From the IMG/VR virus record IMGVR_UViG_3300015245_000019: a stretch of DNA of 43,164 bases; one strand, written 5' to 3'. Shown here piece by piece: positions 24,321 to 31,426 of the stretch (positions are counted from its first letter, which is position 1; every line of letters starts with the position of its first letter). The notes under the pieces were generated by a model, which was not told the DNA's origin, did not search any database, and was given only the letters and a program-made list of their open reading frames with translations. Position numbers and translations under genes: made by a program. Origin of the DNA: a virus.

Positions 24321-24766
24321 TCTTTCACCGTATTCTTCCTCCGAACACGGGTGGTCAGATGATAGGCGATACGGGATTTTGTGGGAGTTTCTCCGGATCC
24401 TGGTTTGTATTTTCTGGTCCGGTTCTGGAGTCGGTTCGCCGGAGAGAATGGGACAAGAGTGTAAACACCCGGTGAGAAGTCTTTGTGACGGTCGAATGTC
24501 ACGATCTCACGGGAGATGGAATTACTGGTTTTGTAGCGGATTGCTCGTGTGCCTTTGATGATGTAAGAGGCTGAAAGGCCGATGATTGCGCCGCCTTTGA
24601 ACTGGCGCTTGCAGGCGACGGCAAGGGCGCACTCGGTCTCTTCCATGATGTGACCGGTTATTTGATCGTTTTCTGTAACGGTGATCACCACCGGTTTGTC
24701 AGCATCGACGAGAGTCTTCACCCTCGGGTAGAACTTCTGCACATTCTTCAAAGTGGAAATCTGCAT
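24317..24766 (-). CDS. Hypothetical protein
   Basis: 149-aa ORF. Its ATG shares one base with the helicase stop codon. No motif recognised. Confidence 0.55.
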   Translation of the reverse strand: MQISTLKNVQKFYPRVKTLVDADKPVVITVTENDQITGHIMEETECALAVACKRQFKGGAIIGLSASYIIKGTRAIRYKTSNSISREIVTFDRHKDFSPGVYTLVPFSPANRLQNRTRKYKPGSGETPTKSRIAYHLTTRVRRKNTVKE

Positions 24767-25854
24767 TACGTTGTCTCCTTTGTGGTTATGGTGCTCCAGG
24801 TGCCGTGAGAAACGCGTCGGGCGGAGCCGGATCTTTCGAGAGAAAGAAGAGCGCCACTGATGCGAGAGTATAGCTGAGAGTCAGTGAGATCTTTGAAGGC
24901 CACGTCGGCGCGAAGAGCTTCGCTAATGGTTCTGAGCTGTACTTCTTGCGAAGCCCGAAGGGCTCGCAGGACACTACGGACGATAGAGTTGCCGCCGGAA
25001 TCGGCGTCCAGGTCAAGAGTTGTCGGCGAAGCCGACGTGATTCGGAAGCTGGACGTTGGTAGGTTTCCAGCTGAGCCTCGCGCTTTTGCGAGCGACATCG
25101 AAATGAGCCCTTTCGTCTTGGTCAGGATTAGGTGCTGGTCGATGGATCCTGCGATTACAGATGCGCCGCGAGCACGATAGTTTCCACTTATTTCGTTGAG
25201 TCCGCCTTTCGTGAAGGTGGGTTTTGCTGTGTGATGGGTGAAAAGCACAGTGAGGCCGTGGTGATCGCGGAGGTATTTGAGCAGCGTCATCACGCGATCC
25301 ATTTCTTGGTTGTTGTTCTCGTTGAAGTCGTGGAACGCCTTCAACGTATCGAGCATCACGACGTTGATGTCGTAGAGGTCGATCGCCTGTTCGATACAGC
25401 GAATAAAAGCCACGTTGTTCTGGCCGAAGGCCATGCCGCGATTCAAGATGAAGACGCTGTTGAGTGGTGGTTCCTCGGCGTAGCCGAGGCCGCGGACAAG
25501 GGCGGAATAGCCGCCGATGTAGTCCCACGTCGGAGCGTCTTGGCCGATGAAGAGGGCGCGGTGGTTCTTCGCCGGGATAAGCGCATTGAGGAAAAGGGCG
25601 CCGGTATCGAGGGAAATCATCAGATCGAGTAGGAAGAGGGTCTTTCCGCAGTAGGGTTCGCCGGTGATGGCGATCAGGGACTGGCTGCGGAGCAAGTCGG
25701 CAACGAGCATTGGGGGCGGCGAAGCCGCATGGCCCAAGATCTCGTAGCCGCGGAGTGGGCGATAGATCGTTTCGAAAGGGCCGACAGGTGTGTCATTGTG
25801 ACGCACGTCTTCTGTGGTGTCAACTGTCGTTTCACTGTCCACGAAAGCCTCCAA
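24766..25854 (-). CDS. RepA-like / AAA_25 RecA-fold replicative helicase
   Basis: Walker A ITGEPYCGKTLF, Walker B VVMLDTLKAF, then TVLFTHHTAKP. A GGAGG RBS favours the GTG at 25842 over the TTG at 25854. Confidence 0.7.
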   Translation of the reverse strand: MEAFVDSETTVDTTEDVRHNDTPVGPFETIYRPLRGYEILGHAASPPPMLVADLLRSQSLIAITGEPYCGKTLFLLDLMISLDTGALFLNALIPAKNHRALFIGQDAPTWDYIGGYSALVRGLGYAEEPPLNSVFILNRGMAFGQNNVAFIRCIEQAIDLYDINVVMLDTLKAFHDFNENNNQEMDRVMTLLKYLRDHHGLTVLFTHHTAKPTFTKGGLNEISGNYRARGASVIAGSIDQHLILTKTKGLISMSLAKARGSAGNLPTSSFRITSASPTTLDLDADSGGNSIVRSVLRALRASQEVQLRTISEALRADVAFKDLTDSQLYSRISGALLSLERSGSARRVSHGTWSTITTKETT

Positions 25855-26276
25855 TGCCCCCCGAGACGGGGAAAACAGGTGAAACTGAATAAATATTCTG
25901 ATGTGTTTTTATTCTGATATTTGGATGTGATTGTTGGCCTTGCCGATTCAGGTGTTCGACGATTCTCTAAACGTTAGGGAAATAAGGCGTTCCCTGCAAA
26001 GGTGTACCCCCTATGGGGGTACACCCCCGCATGCGGGTGGACTTGGGGCCACCCGCAGGGACTGCGGGGAGGACCGTGTACCCCCGACGGCGGAGTACAC
26101 CTCGGACCTCTTTTTACATTACCGGCCAATTTTTAGCCGAAGGCTGTTGGCGCCGCGCGGGATAGACGCTTATCCACCGGGCCGCAGGGCCCGGCCTTTG
26201 CCTATCCCTTTGAGTAGGGTTAATGGAGTTACTGCATGGGCCGCATTGCTTTACGGCCCATGAAAGGACATGCCTT
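25855..26276 (-). promoter_or_regulatory. Control/origin-like intergenic region upstream of the helicase gene
   Basis: The AT-rich tract carries TATTCTGAT at 25894-25902 and 25910-25918. Four GGTGTAC(C/T)CC half-sites form two inverted pairs (26001-26025 and 26075-26101). Palindrome CCCGCATGCGGG lies at 26026-26037, hairpin CCCGCAG-gga-CTGCGGG at 26052-26068, and a 9-bp hairpin at 26235-26262. Confidence 0.5.
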
Positions 26277-26636
26277 TTACCAATTCCAGCCTTTCCCTCT
26301 GCGATTCCTTGGTCCCCCGCCCCGGTACGATCCAAGGATCAGGATGATAGCTACAACAGCCGCCAGAACTAAATCCAGCCCCGTGGAGACACGAACGCGG
26401 AACCAGCGACCCCATGGGTCGCCCGGAGGGTCCGATCGCTCTGACGGCCCCGGAGGCGGCTTGTAAGCGAGCACCGGTTCTGAGCCACTTTCTGGGTATT
26501 CATAAAGGTCGCTATCCGCAGCTTTCGCCCCCTGTATGGCTGCGGTGGATTGTCCAAGGTCGGCCTTGGCCATTAAGGGAGCCAATCCTTTAGAGATATG
26601 CCAGTTCGATGTAGTATCTCGATTGTAATAAGCCAA
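26277..26636 (-). CDS. Hypothetical membrane-anchored protein
   Basis: 119 aa from TTG (an ATG at MAKADLG is an alternative). C-terminal TM segment GLDLVLAAVVAIILILG followed by a basic tail. Confidence 0.4.
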   Translation of the reverse strand: MAYYNRDTTSNWHISKGLAPLMAKADLGQSTAAIQGAKAADSDLYEYPESGSEPVLAYKPPPGPSERSDPPGDPWGRWFRVRVSTGLDLVLAAVVAIILILGSYRGGGPRNRRGKGWNW

Positions 26637-26753
26637 TCGAGAGCCTCGCGTAAAGTAGCCTTCAATCCACCATCTAGCCGTTCTATTAGCACCATGCCGT
26701 CATGCTCTAACTTCAATGGTCTTTTCCTTTAGGCCAGAGTGATCCTTCACCCT

Positions 26754-26849
26754 CCCGCCGCAGGCGGGTCGTCAGGCCACGGCTTCTCCGTGGCGACTGG
26801 AGGCCTTTCGCCCCCCAGTTTCGGCCGAAACACAGTCCCTGCGGGGCTG
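26754..26849. other. Cluster of five consecutive, unrelated stem-loops in an intergenic spacer
   Basis: + strand coordinates: CCCGCC-gca-GGCGGG 26754-26768. GCCACGG-cttct-CCGTGGC 26776-26794. GGAGGCC-tttcg-CCCCCC 26799-26816, an imperfect stem with a GAAA loop on the - strand. GTTTCGGCCGAAAC 26818-26831. CAGTCCC-tgc-GGGGCTG 26833-26849, with one mismatch. Confidence 0.5.
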
Positions 26850-27083
26850 TTAGTAGCTGTCCGTATCTTTAATGTTGATAGCCACAAGACGCGTCCGAGG
26901 CGTCGGGTCGCCGGTCAACATCCGTCCCAAGGCAACAAGCGCCGCCGCCTTGCTCCCGGCAAGGATCAGTTTCGGCGCGACCGTCACAACGGCCATGGTG
27001 CCGCCTTGCTCTGCCACTACCGTAGGCTCCTCGATTGCTGCCACCAGGTAGACGAAAAGGCTTTTATCCATGCGTTGAATCAC
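26850..27083 (-). CDS. Hypothetical protein
   Basis: 77-aa ORF 22 nt downstream of the amidotransferase gene. Start is GTG 27083 or ATG 27071. GC-rich, unlike the preceding island. Confidence 0.45.
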   Translation of the reverse strand: MIQRMDKSLFVYLVAAIEEPTVVAEQGGTMAVVTVAPKLILAGSKAAALVALGRMLTGDPTPRTRLVAINIKDTDSY

Positions 27084-27105
27084 CCCCTCTCAAGCTATGA
27101 CGTGA

Positions 27106-28080
27106 CTACTCGTAAAACTGCGCTTCTTCGTTGCTGCTGTCTTTTTCTGCCGCAGGCGGCGGCGGCGGCGGTAGTGCGCCGAGTGGCTGGCCTTTGGATT
27201 CAGGCAACGGCTCCGGGCGGAAGATTTGCTTGCCTTTCTTCCGTACCCAACGGCCACAGACGCCGTTTACGTAACCGATGTTGTTGTCAGCCCATGACTT
27301 GGGTAGTTTGGCGTTTTCCTTTCGCCATGTATCCCAATTGAACCGGCCATAGTCTGTGCTCTTGTAGTTGGGCTGGTAACACAGTCCGATTTCCCGGACT
27401 CGGCCTTGCTGCGGATCCAAACGGCACAGTACTTTGTCGGGTACGGTGTCGGATTTGATGCGATAGTCCATAAGCCAGACGTAATGGGCGGCTCGGTCGA
27501 TGATGCCTTCTGTCGAGGCAAATAGCATGACGCGCGTGCCGTTGGTCAAGTCAACGCGGTAGCTTTCGATCGGGTTTCCGTCTCGAATGAGATAGACCTT
27601 GTTTTCGTGGTAGACGGCGACGGCGGCACTGCCAAAGATGGAGCGTAAGAAGCGCGGCACCTTAAAGATGCCGTTCTTTTCGGCGTAAGCCGAAAATAGT
27701 TCGCTGTCTACGCCGGACGGCCAGAGAAGGCTGTGCGTCTCTGCGACTTTTTCGGGATTTCCGATAACGCCGTTGTGGATTGTGGCGATGCCGGAAGCGG
27801 AGACAAAAGGTTGCGCTTGTTCGTTGCCTTTCTCCCCGCAAGTTGGGGCGCGGGTATGGAGCAAGGCGTAACTTGCGCCGCCTTCGAGAAGCGCGGCGAA
27901 TTCGGGAAGAACGCCGAATTCGTCAGGAGATATGGCGCGTTTGAGTAGTTTGCCGTTCGTGTGAATCCCGGCACTCTGCTTTCCGCGCTCTTGGCCGAAG
28001 AACAAGAGCGCGCGGCATAAGCGCAGCGCCGTCTCGTAGGAAAGCGGTTTACTAGACGCGAAGCCGCTGATGCTGCACAC
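27106..28080 (-). CDS. Class-II (Ntn) glutamine amidotransferase-like protein with C-terminal extension
   Basis: GTG-TGC start gives an N-terminal Cys nucleophile (M)CSISGF. HTRAPTCGEKGNEQAQPF and IHNGVIGN match the purF-type GATase pattern. About 110 extra C-terminal residues end in a poly-Pro tract. An AGGAAGGA RBS is present. Confidence 0.7.
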   Translation of the reverse strand: MCSISGFASSKPLSYETALRLCRALLFFGQERGKQSAGIHTNGKLLKRAISPDEFGVLPEFAALLEGGASYALLHTRAPTCGEKGNEQAQPFVSASGIATIHNGVIGNPEKVAETHSLLWPSGVDSELFSAYAEKNGIFKVPRFLRSIFGSAAVAVYHENKVYLIRDGNPIESYRVDLTNGTRVMLFASTEGIIDRAAHYVWLMDYRIKSDTVPDKVLCRLDPQQGRVREIGLCYQPNYKSTDYGRFNWDTWRKENAKLPKSWADNNIGYVNGVCGRWVRKKGKQIFRPEPLPESKGQPLGALPPPPPPAAEKDSSNEEAQFYE

Positions 28081-29341
28081 GTTGCGGGGTTCCTTCCTTT
28101 GATAATTGGATGTACTCTGTGATGCGGACGTAACGCTCGAAGCGGCGGATGCGCCGGATGACGTACTTTCGGCCTTTGAGAGGCAAGTCGAGAAAGCGAT
28201 AGAAGGAGATGAGAAGTTGCCGGCCGGTTAGACGCTCGTCAGTGATTAAGACTGGAGCCGCTATCGCCTTTGTGACGAAACGGAGCAAGAGAAGGATCCA
28301 TTTCCGGATTAGTGTGGAGTTAACTGTGCCGTGATGGAGTCGGAATTCGTAACTTTTGTGCTTTGAATAGGCCGATGTATTAAGGGCTTGGTAGCGTGTG
28401 TGTTCCGGACGGAATCTCCCTTCCAGTTTGACGGAAGTGCAATAAGTGTTCTTCCGCCGTTGCTGGCGCACCATGGCGAAAAAGATCGGCTCGTAAAGGA
28501 ACCACCAGTACTCGATTTGTTTGCGTTGTGATGCCGTCACGGTTCGCATATCAATATGCACGTGAAAGCCACAAGAACGGTTGGAGTAAGACTGCGATGC
28601 CTTCAAAGCATCGCAAACGGAAGTCACTTGCGAGAGCAAGGTGTCGCCTCTCGCGATGCGGGATGCAAACTCGCGAGGATATCCGCCTTTGGCGGCGGTG
28701 GCCTTTATCGAGCCGTCGGATTTCAAATGGCCAAAGGGGCCGACAAAAGGCAAGTCGGAGAGACAATGTAGAAATTCTAATTCAAAACCTACGAATAGTT
28801 TACTCTTGTTCTGCATGAAAGTCGTGTCGGGAATCGGGAATCTTTGGGAGCATACAGCGCAAAACTTACTGCTATCTATGGTTACGAGGTTATTGGCCGT
28901 GAAATGGTGGTCGCAGTTTATGCATCTATCGCATCCTTCTACCGCGTAGCAACGGCGGCAGCAATGTCGCTGGCCGATACCGGCGTAATTGACAAGGCGG
29001 GATTCATTTGTCAATTCATGCCCTTTACATTGGCGGCACGTGATCCATTGTTCGTCTGAGCAGCAGTTAGAGCAAAGGTGACGAGTCTCTCTAGTGGCGA
29101 GATGCCAATCCATATCCGGGCCTGTCGGGAGAACCCAAACTGCTAACAGTTGGGAATTGCTTTTGTATAGCAATGTGTTACAAGTTAAGCAATTAGAGAA
29201 ATAGAGTTTTGCACATTTCCGGCAGAATTTAGCTCCCGCAACGGACTGATGGGTAAATGGTGCCTTTACCCATTGCACGCCGCATTGGGAGCATTGCCAC
29301 GGGATCGGCTTGTTTGGGGTCAGCTGTGAGGGATCAGGCAT
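28052..29341 (-). CDS. Amidoligase_2-type (GS/GCS2-like) COOH-NH2 ligase with four N-terminal zinc ribbons
   Basis: ATG at 29341 overlaps the upstream stop (ATGCCTGA). The N-terminal ~190 aa carry eight CxxC pairs (CSQC, CRKC, CLTC, CSNC, CRQC, CRRC, CDRC, CAVC). The C-terminal half has VGFELEF, KSDGSI, SCGFHVHID, YQALN and YEFRLHHGT, the PF12224 pattern as I recall it. AT-rich third codon positions. Confidence 0.7.
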   Translation of the reverse strand: MPDPSQLTPNKPIPWQCSQCGVQWVKAPFTHQSVAGAKFCRKCAKLYFSNCLTCNTLLYKSNSQLLAVWVLPTGPDMDWHLATRETRHLCSNCCSDEQWITCRQCKGHELTNESRLVNYAGIGQRHCCRRCYAVEGCDRCINCDHHFTANNLVTIDSSKFCAVCSQRFPIPDTTFMQNKSKLFVGFELEFLHCLSDLPFVGPFGHLKSDGSIKATAAKGGYPREFASRIARGDTLLSQVTSVCDALKASQSYSNRSCGFHVHIDMRTVTASQRKQIEYWWFLYEPIFFAMVRQQRRKNTYCTSVKLEGRFRPEHTRYQALNTSAYSKHKSYEFRLHHGTVNSTLIRKWILLLLRFVTKAIAAPVLITDERLTGRQLLISFYRFLDLPLKGRKYVIRRIRRFERYVRITEYIQLSKEGTPQRVQHQRLRV

Positions 29342-29615
29342 TGTCTGGCTGTTTTCGGGATATGCGGGATACACGTTCGTCGTCTCCCGAGTCGGGGCCG
29401 AAGGGATGATCTAGCCACAGTTTGAGCGGATACGGTTCTAGCCAACTAGGCCGAATTACTTTTCCTTCACCATCGCTTTGATCGTCGCCACACTCCCAAT
29501 ACGGACCTAGTAAAGACTTCGATAGTTTCCACAGCCCGGAACCGTGCTTTGGTATTGCAGCATGAAACCGAACGCGGGGCGCTAGGACCGACGATCGGCT
29601 GGCGGTCAAGGTCAA
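29334..29615 (-). CDS. Hypothetical protein upstream of the amidoligase
   Basis: 93-aa reading from a TTG that overlaps the upstream stop (TTGA). Its 3' part lies in the low-GC island. The start is uncertain. Confidence 0.4.
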   Translation of the reverse strand: MTLTASRSSVLAPRVRFHAAIPKHGSGLWKLSKSLLGPYWECGDDQSDGEGKVIRPSWLEPYPLKLWLDHPFGPDSGDDERVSRISRKQPDNA

Positions 29616-29779
29616 GATGCCGACCCCCGGTCGATCGTTGGTCCTGAGCCACCGGAGACGCCTTCCGCGCGATTGTGGGCGGACGGCGAAGCCGGTTTCG
29701 GCGGCTGCGGGCAGGACGGCCAGAATTGCAAAGCGGCGATGATTCCGGCCGCCCATGCCCAAACGGCGAGGATAATCAC
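29612..29779 (-). CDS. Small single-pass membrane protein
   Basis: 55 aa from a GTG overlapping the upstream stop (GTGA). TM segment VIILAVWAWAAGIIAALQFW. All three frames are open here, so coding status is uncertain. Confidence 0.35.
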   Translation of the reverse strand: MIILAVWAWAAGIIAALQFWPSCPQPPKPASPSAHNRAEGVSGGSGPTIDRGSAS

Positions 29780-29868
29780 GAACGAAGCGCGTCTCGGAGT
29801 GCCGTCAAGGCCGCGAGCATCTCGGGGGAGATAGGACCGGGCGGGACGATGATCCAGGTAGGCGTCAT
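29776..29868 (-). CDS. Possible 30-aa micro-ORF
   Basis: MTPTWIIVPPGPISPEMLAALTALRDALRS. Its ATG overlaps the upstream stop (ATGA) and its stop overlaps the next start (GTGA). It is proposed only because of this coupling geometry. Confidence 0.25.
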   Translation of the reverse strand: MTPTWIIVPPGPISPEMLAALTALRDALRS

Positions 29869-30044
29869 CGTGCAGCCGCCCGGTAGACGTTGGACAGCGC
29901 GGCGGAGTAGCTGTGGGAAGCGGGAAGCAGGCGCAGCGGGACGGTACGGAACGGTCGCGGTAGCGGCCGTCCCGTGGCGGGGTCAATGTTGGCCTTGAGA
30001 AGCAGGCCGGTAAGGCGTTCCAGCGTCCAGCGGGTCGGTGTCAT
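29865..30044 (-). CDS. Hypothetical small protein
   Basis: 59 aa from the ATG at 30044 (MTPTRWTLERLTGLLLKANIDPATG...). The longer version in the ORF track overlaps the upstream gene. Confidence 0.4.
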   Translation of the reverse strand: MTPTRWTLERLTGLLLKANIDPATGRPLPRPFRTVPLRLLPASHSYSAALSNVYRAAAR

Positions 30045-30127
30045 GGCGTGGTCTTTCCTTTCGGCAGGGGCCGGACCGGCCTTCGCTAGAAGGACGCGGC
30101 CCGGCGTTGGTCCCCGCCAGCAAGGGG

Positions 30128-30355
30128 TTAGATCGCAGCAGGGGCTTGTTCCGTCCATACGTTCATGCCGATATGGATGGTCTTGCCGTCAACTGTGACC
30201 TTGTGCGTTCCCTGCGTCGAACCGATTAGCAGGTTCTTCGCCTTGCCCGCCAACGTGGCCTTGGACGGCCCGATGTTCTGGGACAAGTCCACTACCAGCG
30301 TCAGCTTGTTGCCGTTGCGTGAGACGGTGACGTTCTGCACGGTGCTCTCCTGCAC
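30128..30355 (-). CDS. Hypothetical small protein, first gene of the leftward arm
   Basis: 75-aa ORF with a GTG start. Beta-rich sequence (VTVSRNGNKLTLVVDL...HKVTVDGKTIHIGMNVW). Confidence 0.5.
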   Translation of the reverse strand: MQESTVQNVTVSRNGNKLTLVVDLSQNIGPSKATLAGKAKNLLIGSTQGTHKVTVDGKTIHIGMNVWTEQAPAAI

Positions 30356-31079
30356 GTCGCCAGGCCGTTCCGGCGAATGACAGCACGCACGGTTTCGGGC
30401 TCTTTGCGCCCTGCTACTCCGCTTGCCATGCGGCGATGCTCAGCGCGGCGCGGCGACCGGCGACGCAAGCCGACCTAGCGAACGGCGTGCCAAGTCGCAA
30501 GTCGTTGCGCCGCAACTGGTTCTCTTTTTGCACGGCGCGGTTTGTCGGGCCTTTCGCACGATACGCAACGGCAAGATGCAATGTCGCGCAAAACGCAAGG
30601 CGCATTGCAAGTTGCAAGGTTTTCGCGCGCGCTACTGGAGCGGGAAAGGAGAGCTTGTTGAGACTGTGTCGCAACTATTGATAAACGCTTATGGCGAAAG
30701 GACTTACAGCCTTCTATGTCGGATAAGGACCATTATGTCAACTAGCTGGTACTCATTGCTACTGTTACAGTTACCATCATTCCAGACCCCTACCACCCCT
30801 CGTCCCCCGCGGCCGGATGCAATTCGCATTCCTAGCCCCCTCTTACTCCCGCGCCCACTTTGACTTACGCCCTTCGGGCGTGACAGCAACATTCCGGTTT
30901 GAATCTTTGTGATCTTCTCGGCATCTCACAGTTTGGATCCTCGTGAGGGTTCCTGCAGCTGCCAGTGCCAGGGCTGGTTTGTTCCCTGGCTGGAGGAGGG
31001 GCGCGAAGCGAACCGCGCCTTCCAGGGGTGCGGTGGTTCTAGCCGCACCCCGTTTCATTCCGGCGCATCGAAGGGCTCG
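30356..31079. promoter_or_regulatory. Divergent early/late control region
   Basis: This is the longest stretch without a convincing ORF, between the first - gene and the first + ORF. It has a dense CGCAA/TTGCG motif cluster at 30461-30680, a TTGACT hexamer at 30859-30864 and hairpins at 30867-30881, 30967-30990, 31000-31019 and 31025-31051. No promoter could be pinned down. Confidence 0.5.
31025..31051 (+). terminator. Terminator-like 9-bp hairpin in the late-operon leader
   Basis: GGGGTGCGG-tggttctag-CCGCACCCC followed by GTTTCATT, 29 nt upstream of the first micro-ORF ATG. Confidence 0.35.
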
Positions 31080-31205
31080 ATGATCTACGGGATCTGTACT
31101 CGTACTTTTGGCTATTATTTCTGGAAGCCCGACTGCCCATGCCACGACTGCCAGCTGTGGACCACCTGGCTCCATCGCATCGCGAGGCTGGCTCCGCCAG
31201 AATGA
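31080..31205 (+). CDS. Micro-ORF a (41 aa, MIYGICTRTFGYYFW..., Cys/aromatic-rich)
   Basis: ATG at 31080 with an AAGGG RBS 5 nt upstream. Its stop overlaps the ATG of micro-ORF b (ATGA). A longer GTG-initiated version (30909) has no RBS and spans the leader hairpins. Confidence 0.35.
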   Translation: MIYGICTRTFGYYFWKPDCPCHDCQLWTTWLHRIARLAPPE

Positions 31206-31426
31206 TCTCCGTCTACGGTTTCGGCTTCGTGGTGCGGTATCCGACTCGGATGGAGGCCGAGCTGTACCGTTCCTACTCCCAGCCTGGGCGCCGCTATCCC
31301 GTAACGACATCGGGCTACGCCTCCGGCATCGGTAGCGCCTTCTTCTTCCAGCAGCAGCAACGCCTTCTGCAACAGCGCGCCATCTTCGAGCAGCAGCACC
31401 CGCAGTGGCAACGCTCTCCCCGATGA
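31202..31426 (+). CDS. Micro-ORF b (74 aa, MISVYGFGF...)
   Basis: ATGA coupling at both ends. Aromatic and Gln-rich sequence. It shares its N-terminus with micro-ORF c. Confidence 0.45.
   Translation: MISVYGFGFVVRYPTRMEAELYRSYSQPGRRYPVTTSGYASGIGSAFFFQQQQRLLQQRAIFEQQHPQWQRSPR

Noticed and set aside
25981-26110. The repeated GGTGTACCCC elements as a mini CRISPR array or as transposon inverted repeats.
   Set aside because: There are only four 10-nt half-sites with irregular short spacing. There are no spacers of CRISPR length and no transposase or target-site duplication.
26776-26816. The hairpin cluster as a second tRNA or tRNA-like element.
   Set aside because: I found no acceptor-stem pairing. 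The candidate anticodon loop GAGAAGC lacks U33. No T-loop (TTCGA/TTCAA) is present.
30414-30863. ORFs 30414-30674(-), 30423-30863(+) and 30436-30681(+) as genes in the divergent region.
   Set aside because: They overlap each other in different frames. They lack an RBS, are Arg/Ala-rich and cover the repeat cluster. The region is better read as non-coding control DNA.
30909-31079. A GTG-initiated 98-aa version of micro-ORF a (30909-31205).
   Set aside because: It has no RBS. The extra 57 codons coincide with three strong hairpins. The ATG at 31080 has an AAGGG RBS and the same GATGAT context as micro-ORFs b and c.
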